Positions 23,856 through 37,998 of a stretch of 64,000 bases of DNA are shown here, piece by piece; the stretch's first letter is position 1, and each line of letters begins with the position of its first letter. The notes beneath the pieces are model-generated. The model made no database searches and was not told where the DNA came from. It worked only from the letters and a program-made list of their open reading frames with translations. Both the position numbers and the translations under genes were made by a program. The DNA comes from Lama guanicoe (Eukaryota), in NCBI GenBank assembly GCA_013239625.1, contig MU056050.1:614504-678503 (forward strand), in the 5' to 3' direction.

Positions 23856-24480
23856 CTGCCCATTTTTAAATTGGGTTGTTTTTTGATGTTGAGTTGTATG
23901 AGTTCTTGGTATACTTTTGATATTACCTCCTTATTGACTCTGGATATTAACCCCTTATTGGATGTATCATTTGTAAATATTTTCTCCTATTCATTACACT
24001 GCCTTTTCAATTTGTGGATTGTTTCCTTGGTTGTGCACAATTTCTCAGTTTGATACAGTTCCATTTGTCCATATTTGCTTTTGTTTCCCTTGACTAAGTA
24101 GACAGATCCAAAAAAAATATTGCTAAGACCAATGTCAAATGCCTTTGTGTTTATGTACAAATTTTAGAATTATTTGTTCTAGGTCTGTGAAAAATGCCTT
24201 TGGTATTTTGATAGGGAATGTACTGACTATGTAGATTGCTTTGGGTAGTGTGGTCATTTTAACAATACTCTTCCAACCGTGAGCACAGTATATCTTTCCA
24301 TTTGTTTATGTCATCTTTTAATTTCTTTCTTCGATGTCTTAGTTTTCAGAGTACAAGCCTTCTACTTCTTTGGTTTGATTTATTCCTAGGTATTTTAAAC
24401 TTTTTGATGCAATTGTAAATGGGATTGTTTTTTAAATTTCTTATAACTTGTTATTAGTGTATAGAAATGCAACAGATTTC

Positions 24481-24641
24481 CATCTTGTAATCTTTAATGA
24501 AAAAGAATATGAAAATGAATACATGTATAAATATGCATGACTGGGACATTATGCTATACACCAGAAATTAACATGTTATAACTGACTATACTTAAAAAAA
24601 TAAAAGTAATATAGCTAAAAAAAAAGTTCGAGAGGGAAAAA
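24481..24641 (+). mobile_element. Very short 5'-truncated L1 3' end with an 18-bp TSD
   Basis: TSD agaaatgcaacagatttc (24463-24480) and agaattgcaacagacttc (24642-24659). Body tacaccagaaatt..ataactgactatactt plus A-rich tail. Confidence 0.8.
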
Positions 24642-25388
24642 AGAATTGCAACAGACTTCTGTATATTAATTTTGTATTCTATAATTTTATTGAATTCATT
24701 TATACTAATTTTTTTTGGTGCAGTCTCTAGGATTTTCTATATATAGTATCGCCATCTGCGAACAGTGCCAGTTTTACTTCCTTTTCAATTTACATTCCTT
24801 TTTTTTTTTAACCTAATTGCTGTGGTTAGGACTTCGAGTACTATGATGAATAAGTGGTGAAGGTGGGCATCCTTGTCTTGTTCCAGATCTTAAGAGAAAA
24901 TGCTTTCAGCTTCTCACCATTGAGTATGATATTGGCTGTGGGTTTGTCTTATGTGGCTTTTATTATATTGAGGTATGTTCTCTCTATACCCACTTTGTGG
25001 AGAGTTTTTACCATAAATGTCTGAATTTTGTCAAGAGCTTCTGCAACTATTGAGATAATCATATGATTTTTATTCTTCAGTTTGTTAATGTGGCATATTA
25101 CACTGATGTATTTGTTTACAGATACTGAACAATCCTTGGATCTCTGGGATAAATCCTATTGTTCATGGTGTATGATCCTTTTAATCTGTTGTTGAATTTG
25201 ATTTGCTAATATTTTGTGACTTGTGCATGCATCTATGTTCATCAGTGTTACTGGCCTGTAATTTTCTTTTTTTGTGGTGTCTTTTTCTGGTTTTGGTATT
25301 CAGGTGATGCTGGCCTTGTAGAGTGAGTTAGTAAGCATTCCTTCCTCTTCAATATTTTTGAATAGGTGGAGAAGGATAGGTGTTAGCT

Positions 25389-26136
25389 ATTTATTTATTT
25401 ATTCATTTATTTTACAGTATAAACTTGTTTATTTATTTTATATGTAGTAGTTAGTATCTGCAAATCTTGAACTCCCAATTTATCCATTCTGACCCTCTTC
25501 CCCTCCCCTCTGGAAACCATGTTTATTTTCTATGTCTGTGAGTCTGTTTCTGTTTTGCAAGTAAGTTTGTCTTTTTTTTTTTTTTTTTTGTTTCCCCTTG
25601 GTGGGGGGTTTTTTCGTTTGTTTTCCTGTTTTTTTTTTTTTCCAATGACATTCTCCAGGAACATCCATGTTGCTGCAAATGGCATTATGTTGTCGGTTTT
25701 TATGGCTGAGTAGTATTCCATTGTAGAAATATACCTCATCTTTATCCAGTCATCTGTTGATGGACATTTAGGTTGTTTCCATATCTTGGCTATTGTAAAT
25801 AGTGCTGCTGTGAACATTGAGGTGCATGTGTCTTTTTGAATTAAGGTTCTCTCTGGATATATGTCCAGGAGTGGGATTCCTGGGTCATATGGTAAGTCTA
25901 TTTTCAGTCTTTTGAGGAATCTCCATACTGTTTTCTATAATGGCTGCACCAAACTACATTCTCACCAACAGTGTAGGAGGGTTCCCTTTTCTCCACAGCC
26001 TCTCCAGCATTCATTACTTGTGGACTTTTGAATGATGGCCATTCTGACTGGTGTGAGGTGATACCTCATTGTGGTTCTGATTTGCATTTCTCTGATAATT
26101 AGTGATATTGAACATTTTCTCATGTGCCTATTGACC
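25389..26136 (-). mobile_element. Younger 5'-truncated L1 inserted into the older L1
   Basis: (ttta)n tail. ORF 25530..25817 gives [24 protein letters not shown]; closely similar to 8000-8710. Confidence 0.85.
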
Positions 26137-26429
26137 AGCTTGTCTTTAAATGCTTTGTAGAATTCACCTGTGAAGTCTTCTGGTCCTAGACTTTTGTTTG
26201 TTGGCAGTTCTTTAAAATTACTGATACAAGTAATGAAATTATTATATTCATATTTTCTATTCCTGGTTTAGTCTTGGGAGACTGTAAATTTTCTAGGAAT
26301 TTATCTATTTTTTAAGTTGTCCACTTTATTAGCATTTAACTGTTCACAGTAATCTCTTATGATCCTTTGTATTCCTGTGGTCTCAGTTGTAGCATCTCTA
26401 CATTTGTAATTTTATTGATTTGGGCCCTC

Positions 26430-28380
26430 TTGTAATTGTCCCACAGTTCTTGGTTATTGTGTTTTCTGTTTTTTTTTTTGTCTTTGTTTACTTTGCTTTT
26501 TAGTTTTGAGGATTCAACTGAAGCATCTTCCAGTTCAGAGATTCTTTTCTCAGTGGGATCCAGTCTACTAATAAGCCCATCAAGGCATTCTTCATTTCTT
26601 TTGCAGTGTTTTTGATCTCTAGGATTTCCTTTCAGTTCTTAGGACTACTGTTTCTCTGCTTAAACATTGCCCACCTGTTCTTGGATGTTGTCTACTTTCT
26701 CCATTAAGAGTCCTTAGCATATTAATCATAGTTGTTTTAAATTCCCAGTCTGATAATTCCAACATCTCTGGCATTTCTAGTTCTGATGCTTGCTCTGTCT
26801 CTTCAAATTATGTTTTTTGCCTAGTTTTATGATTTGTAACTTTTCCATGTTAGTCAGACATGATGTACCAGATAAAAAGAGCTACTGTGCGTAGGCCTTT
26901 ATGAATGTGGTGGTGAAATGTTGGGGAAGGGGGACACAGTCTACAATCCTGTGATTAGGTTTCAGTCTTTTAGTGAGCCTATGCCTCTGGACTGTGATCT
27001 TCACAAGTATTTTGCTGGTTTTCTTTTCTCTTGCCTTTAGGAGTGGGCTGGAGTTGAGTATTTCTCTTCTTTAGATCAGTTAGGGTCTGATAATCCCCAG
27101 CAGGTTAGACTGGTGTTAGTTTCCCCTGAGGGCAGATCTTTTCAAGAACACAGTTCTCTTTGAGTGTTTCAAGATCGCCCCCTTTCGTACCCACTGCCAG
27201 AAGCCTGAGTGAATTTTTTTTTCCCAGTATTTACTGTGGGAACCTGGTTGAGTTCCTGGAGATAAACCTCATAATATTGTGGGCCCCTCTTATGTCCGGG
27301 ACCTCTTGAACTTAACTCATAGAGTTTCCCACACTGAGACTAGCAATTCAACTGTAGTTAAGGTTTTCCTACCCTGACCTTGGTTCCCATGGTGGTTTCT
27401 GCTGATGAATATCTGCTCTAGTAAGCCACAATTCCCTGTATTTGCTTGTATCTCTATCTAGCCTTGGGGGTATAAGGATCTCTCTCTTATGGAACCAAGA
27501 AGAGTCACTGCTTTTTCAGTCTGCTGAGTTTTTTTACTGGTTGTTAGGATGGAGTGACAACTAGAAAGCTCCTTGCATGTGAACCAGAAGTCTGAAACAG
27601 TCTTTACAGAGGTAATCAAGTTAAAATGGGGAATTAGGATGGGCCCTATTCCAATATGGCTGATTTTCTTTTTTTTTTTTTTTGCAAAACAATTCTTTTT
27701 GGAATTTCACTTGACTCCTTTGTTTCCATATGTCTATCGAAATTTTGCATCGTTCATGCTTGTTGTCTTTTTCACTAGCTCCTTTCATATATATCTTAAT
27801 TGATTTAATATAATGAGTTCTTTAACATAGCATGAAGTAATCATAGTTATTATAAGTACCTCTCTGATAATTCAGTCATCTGGACCATCTTTGTTGATTG
27901 CTTAATCTGTTGACAATGGCCTGGTTTTACTTATGTGTTTCCTAATTTTTGATTGAATGCTGGACATAATGTTTAGAAGAGGGGTAGACACTGAGGTAAC
28001 TATTACCTATGTCTGGGAATGGGCTTCCTCATCTTCTGCTAAGCCATTAATGTATGATTGAGTCAATGTAGTCAGGAGTTATGGTGGATTTAGGATTTTC
28101 CATGTTTATTTTTACGTTCAGGGCATCACAGTCTTTAAATCCTTCCAGTAGTAGGCTGTTACTTTGTTTTTAGAGTAGTGGCTGGATTGCCCGATGGCTT
28201 TTCTCAGGGTTTCAGTCATTGCTGGATGCCCCCACCACAGCTTGGGGAGGGGTCTCTCTCCATGCTCTTTCCTGTCCCACAGGTAAACTGCTGTTGCTTA
28301 TTACTTATGCTGTGCTTCTTGGGAGTGTTTGGGGTGGTTATCTGTTGTTCTGATCCAGTCTAGTGTTAGGCAGACCCTGT
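26430..28380 (-). mobile_element. Old L1M 5'/ORF1-region fragments, with a short MLT1 piece near 27600-27660
   Basis: ttaatcatagttgttttaaattcccagtctgataattccaacatct motif; gaggtaatcaagttaaaatgggg is MLT1-like. Confidence 0.55.
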
Positions 28381-30346
28381 TAGCTTACCAGTTTACAGTC
28401 TTTATAATAACTTCAACTCAAATCTGTAAACTCAGGGGAAAAAACTCAATGTAAAGTTCAAAGCCCTCCTTTCATCTCTATCCCAGCAACTCCATCTCAG
28501 TGTTCTCCACATTCACATGAATTCTAGTTCTTTTGTCTTTTCATATCCTCTATCTCATAGCAATAGGAGTAGTCACATCTTTTAGAAGTATGTTCTTGAA
28601 TCTGAGAAGGCTTCATGAGATAGTTTTACTTGAGCTGGGATCTGAAAGATGGCCAAGATTTCCACAGGCAGAAGTGGTTGGGCAGGGAATTCCAGAAAGA
28701 GCTATGAATAAGAGCAAAATATAGTCAACGTTGGAAGAGATAAGGTGTGCCCTCTTAGCAGTATAATGTTTGAGGATATCATCTAGATGCCCACAAAATT
28801 CCCTAATGCAGAAATGGAACTATGTTGTGAGACTGGGGGCCGTATTTGTACCCCATGCTGGTGAAACAGACCGTGTTTGTTATCTAAGTGTAGTGCTTGG
28901 GGATATGAGCCTATTATATCATGTTCCCTCACGTTTTCATCTGCCTACAGTAGGCCAAAGAAATATCCCCATATTCCAGAGGGGAATAATTCTGAGAAAA
29001 ATAATCATTAGAGAACATGAATTCAGTTGTGTAAATTGTGAAACTCAAGTCATTATCTTCTTTGTTATAGTGTAAACCCTTGTACACATTTTTATCTGGA
29101 ATAGAAATCAAAAGCCAAGTAAAATTCTGAGCATCAATTTGTGTAGAGACTAATCACTACAGTATCATATTGTGTCCCATTCCTTTCAATGCCACCTCTG
29201 CCCATCTACCTGTCTATGTCTGTTGGTAAGAACAGTCGGGGGTCGGGGTTGGTGGATGAAAATTCTACTGAAGTGAAGAGACAAAAACTCCTGTTCATTT
29301 CTCAGCTGCTCAAACAAACAAAAAAATCCTTCAGAAGATGGAAATAATTCATTCTCTAGGTTTCTTGGATTTACTTTGTTTATCCAAAGCAATTTTTCTT
29401 TTTTTAAAAAAATGTATAGTTGATTTACAATATCCAAAGCAGTTATCCAGCTAAACCTTCCTTGTACTTCTGTGGTACTTAATACCGTAAGAAAAAATGT
29501 GAAGTTTTAGGAAAATACTTATAACTTAAATCTTCTAAGAAATAGGCTTAAGAAAATAAGTTACATTGAAATAATATATGGTTTTAACCCAAATCAAACT
29601 ATTCTTTATCACCTGGCATTATTACCATTTTTGTTTTAATGCTTTTAAATTAGTCGGTAGGTGAAGCGAGTGGGTCACCACACTTCTAGGGTAATGATAT
29701 TGCTGGGAAGGTGTCATCTTGATGCACACAAAGCCTCCTTACTAATGCTGCAATGGAAGTGTGATATGAGACCAGGGGAATTCCTGCAGCTTGTATGTAT
29801 TGAAGCACATTACATATTTATGTCCAGATCGAGGTTTGTTTCAAACCTCTTTTGCTGCTGTTTGGCTCTGCCAATTGAATGGGTGAGGGATTCAGCCTCC
29901 TGTGCTAGGGCTTCTCCTAAGGGTAAGAGATGGCACACTTACATTTTTATATAAGTAGGCTGACTTTCTATTTCTGTAAGCCTCTATTTTGTGTACTGGA
30001 AGAAAAACGAAGGATACAGTTGATGAGGTCCATCCCTCCAGGGTATAGTACTGGGCCAAAGATGCTCTGTGTGTGATTTCTTTTGTTGATATTTGATGTG
30101 CTTATTTAAGAAACAAACAATGGTAAGCTTTCATTAGGGTCTAAGTTTTTAACAGTTGTATGTACCTTTATATTTCATTTAATGTTTCCAATAGCCCTGT
30201 GAGAGGGATGCTGCTGTTTCCATTTTATAAAGATGAGGAAACTGAGCCTCCGAGTGGAAGTGATTTGCCCAAGGCATGCAGTTAGTCGGTGTTTAATCAG
30301 TGGAATTTTAGCACAGGCAGGCTAACTATAGATTTGATGCTCTTAA

Positions 30347-30570
30347 CTAGGGATTGAGAAATTTTTCTGTAGAAGGTCAGATAGTAAATGTTTTGGGCTT
30401 TGTAGACTGAATGGTCTCTGTTGCAACTACTCAACTCTGCTGTTGCTGCATAAAAGCAGCCATAAACAACACATAAATGAATGGATATGGCTGTGCTCTG
30501 ATAAAATTTCATTTATAAAAACAAGTGGAGGGCAGGATTTAGCCTGTGGGCTGTTTGTCCTATTGCTCGT
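30347..30570. mobile_element. MER58A (hAT-Charlie), next to a MIR at about 30170-30310
   Basis: ttttctgtagaaggtcagatagtaaatgttttgggcttt..tctctgttgcaactactcaactctgc..aaagcagccataaacaa. Confidence 0.85.
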
Positions 30571-31314
30571 TGAATTCTGCTCTTAACCACTATGAAATAC
30601 TGTCACATTGTTAAGGATAATGATTTATGAGTAAGCAAGGTGTTTTTCTTGTTCTTCTATTGGAGATATACAATGCTTTCAGTCTTAGAGAATCAAGAAC
30701 CAAAAGGATACTTAGTATTTGTATCCTTTGCTTTATAAAAATATTACCATATTTATATCTACATATACATCTACCTATATAAATGTATATACTAGATGTG
30801 GAGGTGCACACAGGGGTTTGTGTGTGCATATGTGTGCATGTGCTTGGGATATACATAGACACATACATGTCTATATTTTCTATATATATGGAAGGACATA
30901 CATTAAAATGTTAATTGTGGTTATCTCTTGTTGAGAAATGTTTTGAATATTCTTCTGTATAAGTGATGACTTTTCCAGTTTTTCTAAAATGCATATTTAT
31001 TACTAACTAGAATCAGACCAAATTAAAATGACAAAAATCAGGTTTTTTTCCCCCTGGGCAAGAGGCAGAGGAGAAAAGGAGAGAAGACATAGAATTGGGT
31101 AGAAGCTAGAACCAGGAGAAACAGGCTGCTCAGGAACCTACCAAGTTTTACCAGATCTGACAGTATGAGTTTTTGATTTTCAGCTCTCTATCCTTATAGT
31201 CTGATCTGTGAACATAAATAAGAGCCTTAAAATGGTTTTCCTTTTCTAGTTATGATACCAAGTTTTTCAGCAGGTACTAAAGAGACATGAGAAGAAATTT
31301 TTTTGCTTTTCTGA

Positions 31315-31881
31315 TTCCTGTGTAACTCACACAGTAGGCTCCTGCAGGGCAAGTGGCTTCCCCAATGTCTAGCTCCAATAGTGTGGGTGGCTGCTTCTGT
31401 GCTTGGCTTCTGCAGTGCATGGGAGCATGGGATCCAGGAGCTCCCAGCTGCTGAAAGCTTCCTCTGGTAACCTCCTCTTAGGTGGTTTTGTAGTGGAGTG
31501 TCTCTGAGATACTTCCCATGAACCCCTGTGAGAGTGAGTTTCTGACAAGTTCCAAAGAACAGATTTTGAGCATGTTTTACTGGTGTGGCACCACATCAAC
31601 ATCTCTGCCATCCAGTTAGCCATGACTAGGTCCTCCATCAATGTCTGGATCTCAGGCCTGTTGGAGGGGAGGTAAGGAGGGACTCTTCCTTCTATCTTAC
31701 TCTTAGAATAGTGATTGCTCATTATGTGTGCTATTTCTACATTTAGAATTGTCTTTACTTCTTCCTAGCCAATCCCTGGTTACTCCAATATCTTGCTATA
31801 ATTAATAATTCTTTATATTAAACTTTCCATGTTAAAATTACTATGTCACTTATTTCTCCTGAGTGGACCCAGGCTGATACA
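31315..31881 (+). mobile_element. ERVL-class (MLT2-like) LTR
   Basis: attaaa signal followed by terminus tctcctgagtggacccaggctgataca. Confidence 0.5.
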
Positions 31882-33529
31882 GCAGCATACCAAACCTGGT
31901 TGCTTAGGATGTGTGGGGACCAGTAGACAGATTCTTCTTAGGTAACCAATAGGGAAAAAATTAAAATGGGGAAGTATTGATCTTTGACAGATATGGAAGG
32001 TCTAAATCAGGAGGGGGTTTATAATCCAGAACCAAACCTTGTTGCTCTTATTCTCTTGAGTTGGTTGAAGCTGCTCTGTCTTTCCTGGATATCTTTCACA
32101 TTGCCTCACTGATACGGACTTCGTATCTTCAAGTTAGCTTCATGCATGTGGTTAAGTAACTTTCTAGAATGGGAATGTTTGTATAGTGGCAAGTGTAGAT
32201 TTGGAGCCAGGCAGATCTGTTTGAGAGTTTGCCTTATCACTTACTAGCTATATGCTCTTATGTAAATCAGACTATCTGAGTCAGTTCGGTTTCCCCCAAA
32301 CCTAACCTGTTCTTGGTGGATTAAGGACAATATGGTGCTTCATGCATAGTAATTGCTAAGTAAATGGTAGCTAGTAATTACTGTTACTGTTCAGTGTGTA
32401 CAGAAAACTACTCTTTAAGTAGATGTAGAGAAAACAAGGAGGAAGCAAGAGTTTTGATCTCAAAGCTAGAGCCACGCATTTCTCAGGAGCAGATTGTAAC
32501 ATGGCAGTGTGGAAGCCTCCCTTGGCCCCTCTCCTTTCAGGAAGACCCACATCTGTAGCCTATAATTGGACAATGAAGAGTCAGGATGGAGTCCAAGAGC
32601 AGATGTTGAAAGCAGCACTGATCCTGTTAGGTTCTGACTGAGCTCAGCATGCTTGTGTGTGAGTGAGAGGGGCCGGCTCTCACTTAGAGGGTGAGAGGGT
32701 GATAGTGATTGGGTGCTGGTCATATGATGCCATTAGTTGTGACACCTACTGCTCTCTGTATGGGCAGATTTGCTCTTGATTCAGATTCCCATGACTCCTC
32801 AGGAATAAAGAGGGCTTATTTGATAAGCACACCAGGATGTGTATATGCATTGGGGTGGTGGTGAGTGTCTTGTAGCTGGGCTCCTGCTGTGATTGACTCC
32901 TCAACAAATAAAGCAAAGCATGCATGTTGCTTGGCTCCCTTTTCATGTCTCTCTGAAACAAGATATGTCCTGGGACCACGTCCTGGCTGAGCTTCTAGTG
33001 TGTCGCATCTACCTCTCTGTGTGTGTCTGTCTACCTTTGTACTTGTCAGCAATTCATCAGTGGAAAGAAGAGCAGAAATGAAAGTAGCTTCTGCAATTGC
33101 AGCACTGTTGGTGAGTGACTTTGGCCAAGCCTGGCTAAGTAGGTTATGCCTGGATTAGGCTGGTCTTCCACGGAGGTAGAGTAGGTGATGTTCTTTGGAT
33201 TAAGTTATTAAGGACTCCTAAAAACATTTATTGACTACTTCATCTGTGTAACATTCTACATGAAATGAAAATATATTATCTAATTTTAAACCATGGAAGA
33301 CTACTATGAAGTAAATGCTATTATTTTGTTTTTAAAATGTTTCATTTCCATCTTTATTCATAAGTTGGAAAGGCTTTAAAATCTCTAAGAACAAATTGCT
33401 TAAAATTACAGTTCTCTACAGAGATCTGTTTTTTATTACTAAATCAAGTAGGTTCTATTATCCAATTTTATAGGTGGGAAAACTGAGGCTTAAGTCAGGT
33501 AACTTATCCAATGTCATACAGCTAAAAAG

Positions 33530-34290
33530 TAGCATCCATTCACTGAGGATTGTTTGGAATATCTTTTATATACCCAGTACTGCTCCAAGTGGTAGGGATA
33601 TAATAGAAAACAAAAGACAAATATCTACCCTCATGGAGCTTACATTAATAATGGTAAAAGACAAAAATTGAAATAGGTTTTACAGTTCACTCTTGAATAA
33701 CACAGGTTTGAACTGTATGGGTCCACTTAAATGTGGATTTTTTAAATGAATATTTACTGCAGTACTACAACATGGTTGGTTGAATCCATGGATGCAGAAC
33801 CATAGATGTAGAGGAACAATGTAAAGTTAACACGTGGATTTTTGATTGTGCAGAGGGTCAGTGTCCCTAATCCTGACATCATCAAGGATCAACTGTACAG
33901 TGATGAGTGCTAAGGAGAAATGTAAAGCAAAGAAGGGGGTACAGGGAATATGTATGTAGGATCGCAGTTTAGAGAGGGTGGTCAGAAAAGATGTCACTGA
34001 GAAGGTGACATTTAAGTGGAGCTCTGGAGGAGGTAAGAGTGAGCCATGAAAATATCTGTAGAGAAGAGCATTCCAGGCAAAGGGAACAGAAATTTCAAAG
34101 GCTTGATGCCGGAATATCCCTGGCATGGTCAAGGAATAAGAAAGGGCTAATGTAACTGGAGCACAGTGAGCAGAGGGAGAGAAGATGAGATGAGAGAGGT
34201 AACAGGTCCGGACTGTATAAGTCCTTAGAGCCATTGTAAGGATTTGGCTTTTACTCTGAGACAGGAGGGTTTGGGCAGAGGAGTGATATG
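33530..34290 (-). mobile_element. L2 fragment interrupted by a Tigger MITE
   Basis: ctcatggagcttaca..gagaaggtgacattt..agcattccaggcaaagggaacag..ttggcttttactctgag. Confidence 0.75.
33683..33895. mobile_element. Tigger-derived MITE (MER46/Tigger4-like)
   Basis: TA-flanked TIRs cagttcactcttgaataacac and atcaaggatcaactg. Confidence 0.8.
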
Positions 34291-35995
34291 TTACAATAGG
34301 CTGATCTTATTAAAGCAGAAGCCATATCTGTTATATTGAGAATAAACTGAAGAAAGAAGGGGTTCTAGTAAGGAGGAAATCACTAAGTGATTTGCTTTGA
34401 AGAGTAAATCTTTGAGTTCAACTCACACACTGAATGCAGGACTGGATCCAGTGTTTTGTGGAACATGAGGCTTTATACAACTTCAGGAGCCTTCTTTAAA
34501 TGAAAGAATTCAACAATAGGTATGAATGTGAGTTTTTAACTAAATTGGGGAGTGAAGAACTGGGAAAGGGTCTGTAAGTAGGAGAATGAAGCATAAACTT
34601 CATTAGCTTTACAAGTAACTCTGCCTTCGAGTGAATTACTATGTTCCAGACTCTATGCTAGGCTCTGGGAACAAAGGCATGGGTAAATCAGTGACTAGAT
34701 TTAACACCTGAACTATTGTAAAGCCATCCATCTGGCTTCCCTTATCTCCTTCTCCTTCAATCTGCCCAGTATACAACTAGAAGATGTATTGTCCTGAACT
34801 AGTGCTCTATCACTGTGGTACTCCCCTTTTAAAAAGCCTCTAATTGGCTTTCTGTTGTGGTTTTCCATTGCCTGAAGGAGTTTTTACAGTCTATCAGGCA
34901 TCAGAATCAATTTGGGGAGGGGAATGCTTGTTCAAAATGCAGGTTTCCTGGCCCTAGCCCTAAACCTGCTGAATGAGAGTCACTGAAGTTGGGGCCTATA
35001 ATTCATTTTTAAACAGTCTTCTCTGGGTGATTCTGATGCAGATGGCTATTCAGTAGTTAACCATCTAAGGCCAAAGCTCCTTAATATGGGATATTGTTCA
35101 TGATCTTGACCCAGCTGCATGTTTTCTATTCTTCATAGACCTCCTCACTCTAGCTATTGTCCTCTAAACATTCCTTACACACTGAACCTAGAAAGCCTAT
35201 GCTCACTTTTTTCCATCTGACTAGAATACCCTTTCTCTTCTCACTGCCTCTCCAAATCTTAGCCATTCCTTAAGCCAATTCAGATCTAGTTTCTTGGTAC
35301 CTTCTCTGACCCAAGAACTGATAGCCTCCAAGCTCCCAGAGTACTCATTAGGAATCTTGTTATATTGTATAGTTTTGCTTCTCAGACCTGTCTGTTATCT
35401 CAACTAAACTCCCTCAGGGTGGGGCCCATTCCTTTACCTTTTTGTATCTCCCAAGGGCCTTACCCACTATTGAGCAAGCAGAAAAACAAAAGGAGGAGGC
35501 AGGGAAAAGTGTGTATGTTCATAATGGACCATATTTCTTGATCTTTATATTCTCATTTAGGAGAGCATAACAAATTCCCAAACAACTGCTTTTCAATGAA
35601 CAACACAGATTTGGTTCATAAATACAGGTTCTAAAAATACATGGAAGATAAAAACCTCTTTGGCTCAGATTCTCTTATTACAGGATGGTATTTGGTGATA
35701 TACTACTGGATACTGGATACTGTTTTAGTAAATCTTTCAGAAATCAATTTATTCAGTGCTATTATTTGTATATTTTTATCCAAGGTTGTATTTCATGTTT
35801 TGTTGCTCTTAACAGAGTTTATCTGCATGCTGATAATACACTCCTAGGCTATTTGGAAAAGAAACACCATATCCACAGTGTACCTAGAGATTGCAGTGGG
35901 GTCTGCCAATAATTATGACATATTTATTAGGGTTTAAGATAAGATGATGGTTCCAAAGTTGGTCTCTCATTGGCATATTCAGGCAAATGAGTGTA

Positions 35996-36325
35996 CAGTC
36001 TTCCCTTAGAACCCTGGGGGGTTGGTTCCAGGACCCGCCCTACCACCACCAGACACCAAAATGGATGCTTAAATCCTTTATCTAAAATGGCATAGTATTT
36101 GCATATGACCTATGCACATCCTCCCATATACTTTAAATCATCTCTATATTACTTACAATACCTAATGCAATGTAAATGTCATGTAAATATAATACTATGT
36201 AGTTTCCAACATGTGGCAAACTCAAGTTCTGCTTTTTGGAACTTTCTGGAATTTTTAAAAAATATTTTTGATCATGGTTGGTTGAATATACGGATGTGGA
36301 ACCTGTGGACATGGAAGACGAACTG
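35996..36325. mobile_element. MER2 (Tigger family)
   Basis: TA TSD. cagtcttccctt..ggttggttccaggacc..aaaatggcatagtatttgcatat..atggaagacgaactg. Confidence 0.85.
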
Positions 36326-36898
36326 TAACATCTACATTTTTTAAAGGAGGACAGACCTTAGGCACAGGTTGATAAACCGTGATCAGCCAGTGAGATTGTA
36401 ATCTTGCTGGAGGTGGAGCCTTTGGAGACTTGGTTTTTCTGTTTCCAAAGGAGAGGCAGCATAGTTTAGTACCATGATTTTCAAACTTTTCTAGAGTCTT
36501 AGGGTTCCAAAGATTTGCTCTGAGGGTCACTGAGGGCAAGGGTCTGGTGGTTAGGGCTGATATTGTGTGAGAGGGAGAGGTATTAAAATTTCATTTGGCT
36601 TCTAGCTTCACCGCAAAAGGTAGAACTAACCATGGTAAGAAGGAATCCAATGTCAAGGTAAAAGATGAGCTTGTGACCTTAAGTTTCTTGGCCTAGACAA
36701 CTTATATCTCAGGTGACTAATCAGACAGGATTATAGCACTGTTGCTATGGATCTTTCAGGAATCATGAAAGTGGACTTGGGCCACAAAGAAACTGGGAGA
36801 AGAGCAAGTACTGTCCTGATTTTCACAATATATAAGGTAGATTCTGTGAACTATAGGCTCATAAGCTCACCTTCTGTAGTAAGTAATACTTTAGAACA

Positions 36899-37511
36899 GG
36901 TTACTGAAATTGTCAAACCCAAGTTCATGTGCTCAATGCACAGTGAGGTCAAACAGTTTGGAGCAGAGAAAGGTTTACTGCAATGGCCAAGCTAGGAGAA
37001 CAGGTGGCTCCTGCTCAAAGGACTGGAAACTCCCCCATAGTTTTCAAGGAGGAGTTTTTGTAGGTAAAACTTGAGGGAAGGCTGCAGGGTGCATGACTTT
37101 CTTTTGATTGGTTGCTGGTGAGGTAACAGGGTGGTGTTGCAGGAATCTTGATTATCAGCCGTCTGGTTCTGACCTATCTGGGGTCCACCTGCTTGTTCTC
37201 AGTTTGAAGTTACCATACTCCATCTGGATGGGGGCCTTAGTTCCTGTAGAAGAACTCAGATATATAACAGGTTGTTATGTATATCCTTTGAGGAGAAACC
37301 ATGACCCTGCCTTATCACTGCACTATTGTTTCTTCACTGCTCTCCTTTGTTTCTGCATTCCCTCCCTCACCTAATTAGTAACTATTTGAATCTGCTCTTT
37401 GAAACTCAGGGAAGGTCTAGGAGACTGAAAGTCCCTTTCCTATAAACAAGAAATGGGGGACACAAAGTCTTTTGTACCCAGGAGGGCCCCACAGGGTCCT
37501 GCTTGGTTTCA
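36899..37511 (-). mobile_element. Solo ERV1-type LTR
   Basis: About 610 bp, starting gttactgaa and ending gggtcctgcttggtttca; contains the gagcagagaaaggtttactgca motif. No clear TSD. Confidence 0.7.
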
Positions 37512-37808
37512 CTAAGAAGACAGTTATCAGTCAGAGTCCCAACTGGAAATGGATGACACATTCAAAGGGATTAGGAGAAGAGAGTTTAATGAAAGACCTG
37601 TTTACAGACATAGGGACCTACAAAAATGACAGTTTCATTTGGTTTAACTTAATAGAAAGTTAGTGTAACGAGCAGAATGAGTATGGAGGTGAGTGATATG
37701 CGGGGATATAGGACCTTGTGGCCATGAAAAGCCATTGAAAGTAGTTTGGAAAACGTAATAGAAAGCCATGGCAGGGAGTAACATGATATGGTTGCTGGGT
37801 GGAAAATA

Positions 37809-37998
37809 TAGTTGATCCTTGAACAACATGGGGGTCAGGGGTGCTGATCCCCTTACAGTCGGGCCTCCGTATCCACAGTTCTGCGTTCACAGATTCAACC
37901 ACAGATCTTGTAGTACTGTAATATACATGTATTGAAAAAAATCCATGTGTGTCAGTGGACTGATGCAGTTAAACCTCCTATTGTTCAAGGATCAACTG
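37809..37998. mobile_element. MER8-like Tigger MITE inside an L2 fragment (about 37700-38300)
   Basis: TIRs tagttgatccttgaacaaca and ttgttcaaggatcaactg followed by TA. Confidence 0.8.

Larger units (their letters stand above)
22176..26430 (-). mobile_element. L1 (L1MA-like 3' UTR plus ORF2) hosting several younger insertions
   Basis: Continuous antisense L1 3' UTR/ORF2 sequence interrupted near 23047, 24481 and 25389. Confidence 0.85.

Noticed and set aside
29661..29954. 97-aa ORF containing a strong donor-like aagg|gtaaga
   Set aside because: GTG start, no clear acceptor and no homology; not enough support for an exon.
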